Shown piece after piece: positions 22,146-32,454 of a stretch of 64,000 bases of DNA. Where the stretch lies: NCBI GenBank assembly GCA_963780185.1, contig CAWABA010000006.1, forward strand, positions 736,001 through 800,000. Direction: 5' to 3'. This stretch comes from Candidatus Bathyarchaeota archaeon. GTDB taxonomy: Archaea; Thermoproteota; Bathyarchaeia; Bathyarchaeales; Bathycorpusculaceae. The notes under the pieces are model-generated. The model did no database searches. It saw only the letters and a program-made list of their open reading frames with translations, and had not been told where the DNA came from. The first letter of the stretch is position 1; every line of letters begins with the position of its first letter. Position numbers and translations under genes: made by a program.

Positions 22146-22348
22146 TTTTTTACCTCTATTTTACAAGCGACAATGTAGATTCAGTTGTTATATCGATTCC
22201 CAACATAATTACCATAGAATATATAGATGGAAAAAAGCCCCAAAAACCACGAAAAAACGTCAATCCATACTCAACCCACCTGTGAACCCCGTAAAAAATT
22301 GTCCCCACTTAACCTCCCGTCCGTGGCTTTTTGTCATGAATTGGGATA

Positions 22349-23012
22349 ATGTTCAAAAGCGACGTTTTGGCAATCAATAGAATAATGATTCCTATTCTGA
22401 ACGTTAATTGGCAGAGCCTTCCGTCTGACTACGACCTCAGCGAACGCGACGCTGACGTATTAGCGCTCATAGAAACGGAAGACTTAACCGTATTCACGTT
22501 TGATGGCTTAAAACGAAGAACATGCCTGCATCCTGAAACGTTGTCGCGAATCCTTAGCCGACTCGAAGAAGAAGGCATAGTCAAAGAAAGAACATGAAGG
22601 CTACAGGGTCTCGCCAAAAATAACCAAACTTAAACTCAACCAAACACACCCTGAAAAGCCGTCTACAACCCTTATTCAAACTTTCCTTCCGTCAGACCTC
22701 ATGACCCAGCACCTGATTCTTTCCCTCAGAGGCAAATGGTTCGGCATGCTGCGTTGGCTAGGCACCTCAGAGAACAACCGCGGCGTCACGTTAAAGTGGA
22801 TAACGGAAGACGGCGGAATCCAAATAGCCGCAAACATTCAGGGAACAACGCTTAACATCGAAGCGAAGTTTTTGACAAACAACGATTTGAACTTGGCGTT
22901 GAAAGCGTCTTACCAGCTTATGGCAAACATCGGCAAGCTTTGTCAAGGTTCACATGCAATGGCAAGAAACGTGGGTTACTTCGGCGGCTCAAACTTCTAC
23001 ATGCCAGCCTAA
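22349..23012 (+). CDS. Winged-helix (MarR-like) domain protein (frameshift near 22590)
   Basis: FTFDGLKRRTCLHPETLSRILSRLEEEGIV continues, after one shift, as HEGYRVSPKI...LPSDLMTQHL into ORF 22701-23012. Confidence 0.7.
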
Positions 23013-23184
23013 ACTGCCCCTTAGATTTTTGAAATATTTTCTTTTGCAAGAAGCGAAAGCAAGAAAAGCCTTAGATTGGGCGCTTGCTCGGTGTCGATTA
23101 AGGGGTAAATTGGGGAAAAGCATTTAAAAAGCAAACGTAAGCATGAACTGAAAAGAAGGCTGTTAGTGCGGGTCTGGTTACGTA

Positions 23185-24162
23185 ATGGTGGATCAAGAAA
23201 AAGAAGAGACGGAAGCGAAAAATTCAAAGCTTGATAAATTGAAAGCTGACGTCGGCTTCGATTATCATTCTTCCCGCTTCTTTTCCCTGATTTTCTTAGT
23301 AATCTACATCGTAGCCATAACGATTTTCTGTTTAAGATATAGTATTATTCCTGGTCCTGAATTTCTGGTTTTAGGCATCCTCTTCATCGCCGCCTACAAT
23401 AAACAGACTTACCGTGCACTGAAAGATTGGCTTCCCTTCATCACGATTTTTCTGTCTTACGAAGTCATGTACAGTTTCGTAGGCAAAGTTTCCATGGGCA
23501 ATCTTCACGGAGGACCAGAATTTGTGGATAAGCAGCTGTTTGGTCAGATCCCCAGCATTATTCTTCAACAAAGCTTCAGGCTGCCAATTTTAGATTATAT
23601 GGGAGCGTTCTTCTACTCGATATACTTTTTTGTGCCAACAATATTCGCCTATGTTGTTTGGAGGAAAAGCCCCAAAAACTACTGGAAATACACGGTAGCC
23701 TTCGGCGTACTCACCTACTCCGCCCTGATAACTTTCCTGTTTTACCCTGTTGCTCCGCCTTGGTGGCAGTTCAACTCCCTCCATAACGCTTCATACACGG
23801 GTCCCCAAATAATACGTGTCTTAACTGGGTCAGTTGACCCCAGCTTAGGCGTCCCAGTTTACAAGACGCTGTTTGACTTCTTAAGCCCCAACAACTTCGC
23901 AGCTTTCCCAAGTATGCACTCCGCGATTCCTTGGCTTGTCTTCCTGTTCGCCTTCAAAATCTGGAAATGGAAGTCGCTTCCAGTGCTTGCGATCCCTGTC
24001 GGCACATGGTTCAGCGCTGTATACCTCGGAGAACATTACTTCACAGATGTCATCGCAGGAATAATCTACGCAACAATTGCTTACTTCGCGGTCACAAAAC
24101 TGCTGCCTTACCTATCGGCGAGAGTAGGCTACTTGCAAAAGCATATTCCTGTGGAAAAATAA
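23185..24162 (+). CDS. PAP2/AUR1-like (inositol phosphorylceramide synthase-like) membrane phosphoesterase
   Basis: YPVAPPW, AAFPSMHSA, YLGEHYFTD. Confidence 0.9.
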   Translation: MVDQEKEETEAKNSKLDKLKADVGFDYHSSRFFSLIFLVIYIVAITIFCLRYSIIPGPEFLVLGILFIAAYNKQTYRALKDWLPFITIFLSYEVMYSFVGKVSMGNLHGGPEFVDKQLFGQIPSIILQQSFRLPILDYMGAFFYSIYFFVPTIFAYVVWRKSPKNYWKYTVAFGVLTYSALITFLFYPVAPPWWQFNSLHNASYTGPQIIRVLTGSVDPSLGVPVYKTLFDFLSPNNFAAFPSMHSAIPWLVFLFAFKIWKWKSLPVLAIPVGTWFSAVYLGEHYFTDVIAGIIYATIAYFAVTKLLPYLSARVGYLQKHIPVEK

Positions 24163-24186
24163 AAAGGGCAACTCATTAGGGGTAGC

Positions 24187-24366
24187 TTACTCGCCCAAGT
24201 TTTGTTTGCCTTTCTCATTTAGTTCTGCGTTAATTCGGGAAATTTCTTGGCACCATTTCCTTCTTTCTTTATGGTCCAAACTTAAGATTTCGTCAATGTT
24301 CCAATGAAAATAATAGGCTATGAAGGCTACTTCACTGTAGATTTGTTCAGCGGGGTAGCCCTTCAT
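24187..24366 (-). CDS. DUF6760-like small protein, C-terminal partner of the tail assembly chaperone (59 aa, not in the ORF track)
   Basis: MKGYPAEQIYSEVAFIAYYFHWNIDEILSLDHKERRKWCQEISRIN...; ATGA overlap with the chaperone gene. Confidence 0.85.
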   Translation of the reverse strand: MKGYPAEQIYSEVAFIAYYFHWNIDEILSLDHKERRKWCQEISRINAELNEKGKQNLGE

Positions 24367-24728
24367 GCCCCCGGGCTGCCTATCTCCACTTGAAAGTCAG
24401 TTTTGCAGTTTGGGCACGTAGCCTTTATTGTGGTGTTGCCTTCGCCGTTTATTTTGTTGTAGAAGGCTTGAAGGTACGATAGGTCTGATGCGAAGAGGTT
24501 CTCGACTGTTTTGGTGCTTACCGCGTTGAGGTCGCCTAATTTGGTTACGACTCGCGACAGCACTATTACGGTTAGGTATGCTGGGTTTTGCTGTACTCGG
24601 GGGTCTTTTAGAGGGAGAATTTCGTCGGCGGCGGTTGCAAGCCTCATGACGCCTTTTTTGTGGAGAGTGCCGCTGTCGTCGACGTATCCTTTCGGCAAAG
24701 TGAACTCGTATTCCACTTGGATAACCAT
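24363..24728 (-). CDS. eCIS tail assembly chaperone with C-terminal Zn ribbon
   Basis: FTLPKGYVD...GVMRLATAADEI...LFASDLSYLQ..Y..IN, CPNC. Confidence 0.85.
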   Translation of the reverse strand: MVIQVEYEFTLPKGYVDDSGTLHKKGVMRLATAADEILPLKDPRVQQNPAYLTVIVLSRVVTKLGDLNAVSTKTVENLFASDLSYLQAFYNKINGEGNTTIKATCPNCKTDFQVEIGSPGA

Positions 24729-24744
24729 TTAATCGCCTCGCAGG

Positions 24745-25188
24745 TTACTTTGCCCGTTGCATCGATTCGAAAGCTATTTCCAACGTTTCAATAGCCACAT
24801 CGTTTCCTTTGGCGTTCATGTCAGGAGCCTTGTATTTGCTTGGCCATGCGTTGCCGAATTCCCATCTTGCCGCGTCGTTGCCTTCTTCATCCATAAGAAT
24901 CACAGCGATGTTGCGTCGGGCTTGAGCTAGCTGTCCCTGCTCAACCATCTTGCGCCAGTTGTAAAGGTCCATCGAGTTGGTTATTCCCCACTTTAACACT
25001 AGAATGCCGTGTTTGGTGAGGCCTGACAGTTTCCTGGCGTACAGGACTGCTTCGGTGCCTTCTCGGTACTCAATTATGTCGGTTGATGAATCTGGGATTG
25101 TGGCTTCGCTGAAGCCTGCTTGCTGGATGCTGTCTATTTCTATTCGGAAACGGAAGTTTGCGAAGGGGTCTTTTCTTTGTGTCGACAT
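24745..25188 (-). CDS. Tail tube protein (T4 gp19 / Afp1-like)
   Basis: DPFANFRFRIEI, IEYREG, LKWG, NAWPSKY, VAIETLEI. Confidence 0.95.
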   Translation of the reverse strand: MSTQRKDPFANFRFRIEIDSIQQAGFSEATIPDSSTDIIEYREGTEAVLYARKLSGLTKHGILVLKWGITNSMDLYNWRKMVEQGQLAQARRNIAVILMDEEGNDAARWEFGNAWPSKYKAPDMNAKGNDVAIETLEIAFESMQRAK

Positions 25189-25202
25189 ATCTTTTCACCT
25201 CA

Positions 25203-27293
25203 TTACTCCGTTGCAGCGGAGCCTCCTTGCCATTGAGCTATACGGAATATCACGAACTCCGCGGGTTTTGTGGCTGCTACTCCGACAACCACTACTAATC
25301 TGCCGTTGTCGATGTCATCCTGAGTCATGGTTGTTCGATCGCACTTAACGAAGAAAGCTTGGTTGGGAGTGGTACCCATCAATGCGCCGCTCTTCCACTG
25401 CGTAGTTAGGAACTGCGAAATCGTTTGGATCATTCTTGCCCACAGTTTTTCGTTGTTGGGTTCAAAAACAACCCATTGGGTTCCCTGCTCGATTGATTGT
25501 TCAAGGAATATGAATAAGCGTCTTACGTTGATGTACTGCCAAAGCGGGTCAGATGAACAGGTTCTGGCGCCCCAAACGCGGATGCCTCTTCCCGTGAATG
25601 CGCGTATGCAGTTTACGCCTTTAGGATTAAGTTGGCCTTGGTCGGCGTTGTTGATGAGGTATTTGAGTTCAGTTGTGTTCTGGACAGTCTCGTTTGCAGG
25701 TGCCTTAAAAACGCCTTTGTCGTTGTCGGTGCGCGCGTAAACGCCCATGATTGAGCCAGAAGGCGGAATAAAGATGTCTGCGTTATCGACTGGGTCAAAG
25801 ACTTTGATCCATGGATGGTACAGCGCTGCGTAAGAGGTATCGAAAAGATCGCGGAAACTCAGCACATCAGAAATTTGCTGGTAGTTCGGCGGAGCATCAA
25901 GAACTGCAAAGCGGTCCTTGTACATGTCGCAGAAGTCGGTTAGATTCTTGAGTGTGTCTGCATCGTAGACACCGGGGATTGCCATTATGCTTACGTCGGT
26001 GACCTCTTGGAAAGCCTGTAGCCCTGTTCTTTTTCCTGGGCCGCCGTCGTTTCCTTCGAAATCAGCTGGGGTAACTTTGGTGTAATTGCCGTCTGAGCCG
26101 TTCTGTAGGCTGATGTACCATGTTCCATTTTGAAGGGTGTCGTTCTCAGGCATCATGAAGGGGTTGGTTGCGCCTGAAGCGTCGGACATCAGAGCTGAGG
26201 CTTGAGCTTCAGGCCACGACAACGTTACGTAGCTGGAGACGTCGTTAACCATTTTGCCAAAATAGTTGTCTACGTTAGGGTTCAATGAAAGGTTGCTGAA
26301 GGTTTCCTTCAAGTTTGCTACCTGCACGGTTTTTCCCTGCTTCAGGGCATCTTCAATCAGGTAAACTTCCAGTTTGAATTCGCAAGTCGATAGGATCCGC
26401 TCGGGATGTGCTCCTGAACCGACCACGTCGCCGTCGCCTGTTAGGTGGCTTGACAAGGTGAGTACGTCGCCTTGGATTGAGTTCACCTGGGCGTACTGTT
26501 TAGTTGATCCGCTGTCGAAAACTACGATTCCGCCCGCGTAAAAGCCATTTTTGCTTTTAAGTTGGTACTGGAGGCTTTTTGTAGCGTCGCCGACAACGCT
26601 TGAAATCAGGGTTTTTGCTTGGCTTACTGGAACGGAGCGAAGCAAAAGCTTGTTGCCCCAATCACCGACGCTTGTCGCTGAGAAAGTAACTGTTGCGGAG
26701 GCGCTTGCGCTCGGCAGATTCTTGACGGTAACACGTGTGGTTGCCAATGCGTGATCGGCTGCGAGGGGAGTAGTTTTGTCCAGTGTTACCGTTGATTTTG
26801 ATGGGTCGTAGGAGGCGATGATCAAATCAACTTCGTTTTTGACCCATTTTGTAGGGTCTGTAGGGTCTTGGTCTTCAATTACCAGTTTGCATTTGCTATC
26901 TAAGAACATAATTGACTCAAACTGCAACGAGGAGTCTGCAGCCTTAAGGTCATCTGCAAGCTGCAGGACGGGCACTATTGAGACGACGTCGTCGCCTGCT
27001 TGAGAAGCGTCTGAGGGAGCGACACGCATTACGTAGCAGCCGCTGCCGCCGTTGATGAAGAAATTGTTGATTGCTTGAGCTAAAAAGCGGTATTGACCGT
27101 AGTCGCTTGAGAGGTAATTTCCAAAGATGGATTGGAACTCTGAAAAGCTTGATATGAACTGGGGTTTTCCTATGGTTGGTCCTTTTTCAGCGAGGCCTAG
27201 GAACCCAGCTGTACTGGTGCTTACGCCTTCTATGGGTTTAGCGCCAATTTCAATCTCTTCAATATAAACTCCGGGTGTTGAATAGGTGGGCAT
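25203..27293 (-). CDS. Contractile tail sheath protein
   Basis: TPGVYIEEI, YAALYHPW, PPSG, GVFKAPAN, RVWGART, YINVRRL, WVVFEPN, KPAEFV. Confidence 0.97.
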   Translation of the reverse strand: MPTYSTPGVYIEEIEIGAKPIEGVSTSTAGFLGLAEKGPTIGKPQFISSFSEFQSIFGNYLSSDYGQYRFLAQAINNFFINGGSGCYVMRVAPSDASQAGDDVVSIVPVLQLADDLKAADSSLQFESIMFLDSKCKLVIEDQDPTDPTKWVKNEVDLIIASYDPSKSTVTLDKTTPLAADHALATTRVTVKNLPSASASATVTFSATSVGDWGNKLLLRSVPVSQAKTLISSVVGDATKSLQYQLKSKNGFYAGGIVVFDSGSTKQYAQVNSIQGDVLTLSSHLTGDGDVVGSGAHPERILSTCEFKLEVYLIEDALKQGKTVQVANLKETFSNLSLNPNVDNYFGKMVNDVSSYVTLSWPEAQASALMSDASGATNPFMMPENDTLQNGTWYISLQNGSDGNYTKVTPADFEGNDGGPGKRTGLQAFQEVTDVSIMAIPGVYDADTLKNLTDFCDMYKDRFAVLDAPPNYQQISDVLSFRDLFDTSYAALYHPWIKVFDPVDNADIFIPPSGSIMGVYARTDNDKGVFKAPANETVQNTTELKYLINNADQGQLNPKGVNCIRAFTGRGIRVWGARTCSSDPLWQYINVRRLFIFLEQSIEQGTQWVVFEPNNEKLWARMIQTISQFLTTQWKSGALMGTTPNQAFFVKCDRTTMTQDDIDNGRLVVVVGVAATKPAEFVIFRIAQWQGGSAATE

Positions 27294-27318
27294 ATTCTCT
27301 AACCAGATTGAGCTTATC

Positions 27319-27954
27319 TTAAGAAGTTATATTTAATTTTATTGCTAAGGCTGACTTGCTTGCCCCTTCAGCAACTTTGTCAATGCTCACGGACGCCTCA
27401 ACGATGCCAACTTGAGCCTTAATGGTCATGACAGTTGTGCTGCCGTTGGTGGTTGCTTCCACGAACCCGGTGTCTGAAATGTCGTTGCTGGTCAGCTTGT
27501 TAAGGTAGAAAACGTATTCTCCTCGGTCAGTTGTAGAGGTGCTTAAAGCTCGCTCAACAAGGGTGACGTTTGCGTTGGGTACGGGGTTGCCTGTTTCGTC
27601 TTTGACCATTCCACGGATGAGGGTTGCTCCGTGCGGGAACGGGTATGCGGGAGTCGGGTCAAGCGCTATTTCCGTCGAGTTAAGAACTACATTGTTGTCT
27701 TTGTCAGGAGGCAAAAGGGTGAGGGGCAACGATTCAGCGTCGAAATAGCATTCGCTTTTAACTTGGACTATGTACGTTTTTGTGGTTGGAAGATTAAAAA
27801 ACAGGTAGAAACCAGATGGGTTCTTTACAGCAATGTAATCTTCGTCTTTCAAGGATACGGTGACTTTTCCTATCGGCTGTTGCTTCGAATAGTTGTCGGT
27901 AAGGCTTACAGCCAGTGAAAGACTTAAAGTGAATACATCTTGCGCCTGGCTCAT
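27319..27954 (-). CDS. Carboxypeptidase-regulatory-like (beta-sandwich) eCIS accessory protein
   Basis: PAYPFPHGATLIRGMVKDETGNPVPNANVTL...TTDRGEY. Confidence 0.75.
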   Translation of the reverse strand: MSQAQDVFTLSLSLAVSLTDNYSKQQPIGKVTVSLKDEDYIAVKNPSGFYLFFNLPTTKTYIVQVKSECYFDAESLPLTLLPPDKDNNVVLNSTEIALDPTPAYPFPHGATLIRGMVKDETGNPVPNANVTLVERALSTSTTDRGEYVFYLNKLTSNDISDTGFVEATTNGSTTVMTIKAQVGIVEASVSIDKVAEGASKSALAIKLNITS

Positions 27955-28566
27955 TTAGCTAATGTCCCCTGGCTGTTTTTGTTTGTAAGTTGTTACCTTC
28001 TGAGTTACCAATGAGCCGCCTGGCAAGCGAGATGGGTCAATCCTTACTGGAGACACGCTGCAGCTACAGCAAAGTTTGAGGGGGGTCGAAAGCATCGTCC
28101 AAAGCTTGTTTAAATCGTCAATTGAAAGGGAATCCAAAGTCAGTCTGATGTCTTCGCCGTTTTCAATCAAGTTTCCCTGAAGGATCGTTCCCCTCAATAC
28201 GGGGTAGTCAACGAAGGTTTGGATTATTTTTCCTAGGATGGTTTGGTCGTTGCTTGCGTCTTGAGTAAACGGCGTAACCAGATAGTGAAGACTCAAGTAA
28301 ACAGGCGGGTTCTGTCGCGGTTGAGGAGAAGGCATATTCTTCATGGCTGAAAACTCAGCCACGTTGTATAGATAGATGGAGAGTTTTGCAGATTTTTCGG
28401 TTTTAACCTCTTCAGGCGACGCCAGAGAAACCTGGCTTTCCTGGCTGGCTTGACTGTTGAAGATTGAGCTGAGGTCAGGGTCGTTTGCCAAATTGACGAA
28501 TAGGAGGTTGGCTAACGTTTTGCTGGCGTCGTTGATGACTGTGCTGGTGTTGTTTTGGTTACTCAA
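27955..28566 (-). CDS. DUF4255 / Pvc16-Afp16-like cap (terminator) protein
   Basis: LSIYLYNV, LSLHYLVTP, LGKIIQTF, LSIDDLNKLW, VSPVRI. Confidence 0.9.
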   Translation of the reverse strand: MSNQNNTSTVINDASKTLANLLFVNLANDPDLSSIFNSQASQESQVSLASPEEVKTEKSAKLSIYLYNVAEFSAMKNMPSPQPRQNPPVYLSLHYLVTPFTQDASNDQTILGKIIQTFVDYPVLRGTILQGNLIENGEDIRLTLDSLSIDDLNKLWTMLSTPLKLCCSCSVSPVRIDPSRLPGGSLVTQKVTTYKQKQPGDIS

Positions 28567-28699
28567 GTCAGCTTTCCCTTTTCAGAGAATTATGCGGTTG
28601 ACCGCTTAAAGAACTTTGGGAAATAGAAGAGCAAGCTTACAAGCTGTCTCGTAAGAGAACAGAAAAAATTATATTCACTTCGAACCATATAGAAATAAC

Positions 28700-30247
28700 A
28701 TGAGTTTTGCCCGCACGCAAACCAAGGCGGAGACCACCCCTCAAAAAGTTGGGGGCACCTCTTCTCAAACTAGAAAAGAAGGGATCACGCGTTCAAACGA
28801 CGCTGTGTCTAACATCTTGAAACTTCAAGAAACGGTAGGTAACAGAGCCGTTTCGGAACTGCTTGCATCCAGCCTTATTCAAGCTAAACTGAATGTTAGC
28901 TCATCAAATGATCCGTGCGAAATGGAAGCTGACCGACTTGCAGACGAGGCGATGACAATGACCCCGTCTAGCCTTCAGCATCGGCAAAACGAACTTATTC
29001 AAACCAAGAGCTCTAAGCCGATAACTTCAACTGCAATGCACCAAACAAAAAGCTCAGACGAAGCCAGCAATAATGTTCTCGAATCTGAAGGAATTACTAG
29101 AGAAGCTTTTGGCAAGAGCGACGGTCAACCTATGGAATCTGGGTTACGATCTGAAATGGAAGCTTACTTCCTGCAGGACTTCAGCAATGTGCGCATTCAC
29201 GCCGACGCCAATGCGAATGAGCTATCTGAAAAACTTCACGCTGACGCCTTAACTTTCGGAGGAAACATTTTCTTGCGGTCAGGCATGAACGCTCCGAATT
29301 CGCAGCAAGGCAAAAAACTTTTGATTCATGAGTTAACCCACGTCGTTCAGCAGCAGTCTCCAAGCCAGATTTCTGGTGTTCCAGACATTCTCCGTCAGGA
29401 GTCTGAGCCGAAGGAAACACCTGCAGAAACTGAGCAGCCTGTGTCTGAGGAAGGCGAGGTGACCGCTCAAAACAAAGACACATTCTTTATCCTTTGGAAC
29501 TTCAAGAATAACAGTGCCGAATTAAATTCAGCGTTCAAGACCGCGATGAACCAAATTGTCCAAATCGCGAAAGTAAATGCCCCCGGTTCAACCGTGGAGA
29601 TCCATGGTCACGCAAGCCGAACTGGCCCAGAGGAACTTAACGATAGACTATCGGAAATGCGGGCAAACGCTGTCGCACAGTACATGCTTTCGCAGGGGTT
29701 ACCGTCCACTCAGATCATTGATCTCCAAGGCTTCGGATACAACAAACCTGTAGCAGATAACAAGACCCCGTTGGGACAAAGCAAGAATCGAAGAGTAGAA
29801 GTCAAAATCAACCTTAAGAGCCCCGAGCCCCCTGAACCTACTGTAACAGAATCAACTTCGCCGAAAAAGGAGCAGCCAGCAATAAAACCTGATTATTCAA
29901 TTCCAAAGCCGGAAGAAGAACGCGAATGCAGAGGCGTCTCTTGCAAAGCATTCAACTGGATCAAACAGCATTGGTTCCCGGTTATATCCGAAGAAGACGT
30001 GAAAGCTGCAATAAAAATGGAAAAAGATTTTCTTTACCGAACAAAGTATGATGTCGATTACAGCGCAGCGTTCACGAAGAGGAGGGATAAGACGCAAGCT
30101 GACCTTCTCATGTTAGATCAAAATGTTGAAGCTGACGCAAGAAGAAGAATATTCAAGTTTATAACTGATAACGACCCATCCTTCGGGCGAATGTTAGGTC
30201 AAGCAAATCCCGTTGAGAAAATGGTGCCAAGCAACTACGCGAGATAG
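28700..30247 (+). CDS. DUF4157 (eCIS core) domain fused to an OmpA/MotB-like C-terminal domain and an unknown tail
   Basis: LQETVGNRAV, IQAKL, EMEADRLAD; DFSNVRIH...LLIHELTHVVQQ (HExxH); IHGHASRTG...NDRLSEMRANAV...NRRVEV. Confidence 0.88.
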   Translation: MSFARTQTKAETTPQKVGGTSSQTRKEGITRSNDAVSNILKLQETVGNRAVSELLASSLIQAKLNVSSSNDPCEMEADRLADEAMTMTPSSLQHRQNELIQTKSSKPITSTAMHQTKSSDEASNNVLESEGITREAFGKSDGQPMESGLRSEMEAYFLQDFSNVRIHADANANELSEKLHADALTFGGNIFLRSGMNAPNSQQGKKLLIHELTHVVQQQSPSQISGVPDILRQESEPKETPAETEQPVSEEGEVTAQNKDTFFILWNFKNNSAELNSAFKTAMNQIVQIAKVNAPGSTVEIHGHASRTGPEELNDRLSEMRANAVAQYMLSQGLPSTQIIDLQGFGYNKPVADNKTPLGQSKNRRVEVKINLKSPEPPEPTVTESTSPKKEQPAIKPDYSIPKPEEERECRGVSCKAFNWIKQHWFPVISEEDVKAAIKMEKDFLYRTKYDVDYSAAFTKRRDKTQADLLMLDQNVEADARRRIFKFITDNDPSFGRMLGQANPVEKMVPSNYAR

Positions 30248-30297
30248 GGCACGCAATTCCCTGCGGAAAAGTCTTCTTTGAAAAGGCTAGGTACACG

Positions 30298-32371
30298 CTA
30301 TTTCGTGAGGCTAAGGTTCCTGCCTAATTCTTCTTTCCCAAACACTTTCCCTATTTTCTGGTATTCCCTTTTCGCAGCCTTAACCAAATGCGCCATTTCC
30401 ACGTTCCCGCCGTCTTCAGCTGCAAGAAAAGCCGCTGTCAAAGTTATGTTTTTTATGTTTCCGCCGCTAATTTGCAGTTTTGATAAAGACTCAAAATCTA
30501 TCTTGCCCAGCGGCGCCATTTTGGGGAATATTTTTTTCCAGATTTCAAGTCGATAAGCATCGTTTGGAAACGGAAATTCAACTATGAAGTTCATGCGTCG
30601 AATGAAGGCTTCATCCATGTTTTTCTGCATGTTGCTGGCGAGGACGACGATGCCTTCATGCTCCTCCATTTTTTGCAGCAGATAATTGATTTCGATGTTT
30701 GCGTATCGGTCGTGGGCATCTTTGACTTCACTTCGTTTCCCAAACAGGGCATCTGCCTCGTCGAAAAACAAGACGGCGTTGGTGTCTTCTGCATCTTTGA
30801 AGATTCGATTAAGGTTCTTCTCGGTTTCGCCGATATATTTGCTCACGACCATTGACAGGTCAATTTTGTACATGTCTAACCCGAGTTCGCCCGCGATAAT
30901 TTCTGCCGCCATCGTTTTCCCTGTTCCAGACGGACCTGAAAAAAGAACGTTTAAGCCTCTGCTTCTGCTGTGCTTGTCGAAGCCCCACGATTCGTAGATT
31001 GTCGGATAGTTTTTGACGTAGTTGCAGACTTCACGGAGTTGGTCTTTCTTGTCAGGCAGCAAAACAATGTCGTCCCATTTGTAAAGCGGCGAAAGCTTCA
31101 TTGCGAAAGAAACGGGGTTTAGCTGCGCTCGGCAGCCTGCATAAATGTCTTCAAGCGTCATTCTGGGCGAGGCTGGGGTCACGCAGCAAAGCGGCGCTTT
31201 TAGCTGCCTCAACTGCCGCCTCGGCTTTGTCTCGTCCGAACTTGAATTTGACCGCGACATCCCCAATTCCCACCACGTCACCTGCCAGCGTCTGCCACAT
31301 TTTAAGCCGATCCAAATATTTTGCCCGCGGAACAGAAACCGTAACTGTGTGTCTGCTCAGAACCATCGGGGCCTTACTCGCGACAAATGTTAACCCGTCA
31401 AACAACTCAAGCTCCTCTAACACGGCTCTTTTCACGTCTTCCCCTGCGGAGTCTAACTTGTCAAAGTACGCAGCTGCGTGCTGCAGCTTGGCTTCCCTGA
31501 AGAAAAGCCTCAAAAGTGCTGGCAGGTTTTCACCTTTTGTCTTATCCAAATCTGCGAATATAATAGGCTTCTTGGCTTGGTGGCAGATGGCTTGGGCGAA
31601 TTCCTGCAGTTCAAAACTGCCCTGCAGCTGAATGACAGGTTCAGGGGTTTTAAGCGATGAGGAAAACGCCTGTAACTGTTGTTTAAGCGGGTCGGGTATT
31701 GCCAGAGTTTCGAACCCGTTTTCGGGATACTTCAGCGTTGCGAATGATGCCACGTGAGCGTCGGGTTCGTCGTAGCCGAGTAGGAAACTGATGATGCGGT
31801 CGTCAAGCTTGAGGGTTTTCTCCAGAAGCGGGAGGTCGCCTTCCTGCAGATGAAAAATCAAGTTCCCGATCAATGGCGCTTTGTAGCTGAAATGTTGCCT
31901 TGCCGCAATCTGGTCTTCTTTATCTTTAAAAAACAAGTTGACAATTAAGCCGACTGTGGCGTGTTTTTTTGTGATGTCGTCTTGAAGGTACGCGAAAAGC
32001 TTCTCGTATTTTGAGTCGAACTCCGAGACTAAAGCCACAAGTAAAGCGTCAACTTCGAAGCTGTCAAGACCGAACATTTCGGCAAGAACTTCAAGCCGTA
32101 GCTCCGTTCCCTGCAGCTTGCACGCAATTTTTTCTTCGGCGATTTTCTGTGCCAACGTCTCTTGTTCTGCCCGAGTTTCAGCGTTTGATTCATTCGCCTC
32201 GGTTTCTTTTGCTATAAGTTGGTCGATTTCTTCTTCAGAAATGAAAAGGCCTGGGAAAGTTTGGTTCTTGCTTGATTTGCGCCAATGCTGGATGCTTTCG
32301 GCAACGATTAGGTCGATTCTTTTGAGTTCATCCAGAATATGCTTTAGGTTGCTTGCTTGTAGGGGATTCAT
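30298..32371 (-). CDS. eCIS AAA+ ATPase (Afp15/Pvc15-like); frameshift near 31160
   Basis: N-terminal winged-helix part (FGLDSFE...YLQDDITKK); C-terminal GPSGTGKT, VVSKYIGETEKNL, LFFDEADALFGKRSEVKDAHDRYAN. Confidence 0.93.
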
Positions 32372-32454
32372 GCCTTGCGTTGCTGGGTCGCTGGTTGCTG
32401 ATGTAATTTACCGTACGCTCCTAATTATCGTCTCGATGCCGCCGCTGGAGCCGT

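Noticed and set aside
16284-24366. Functional link between the pst cluster and the eCIS
   Set aside because: Only adjacency; two unrelated genes intervene and I saw no shared promoter motif.
30298-31281. Separate 327-aa ATPase gene starting MTWWELG
   Set aside because: Its N-terminus is an out-of-frame artefact; it is the 3' half of the frameshifted Afp15-like gene.
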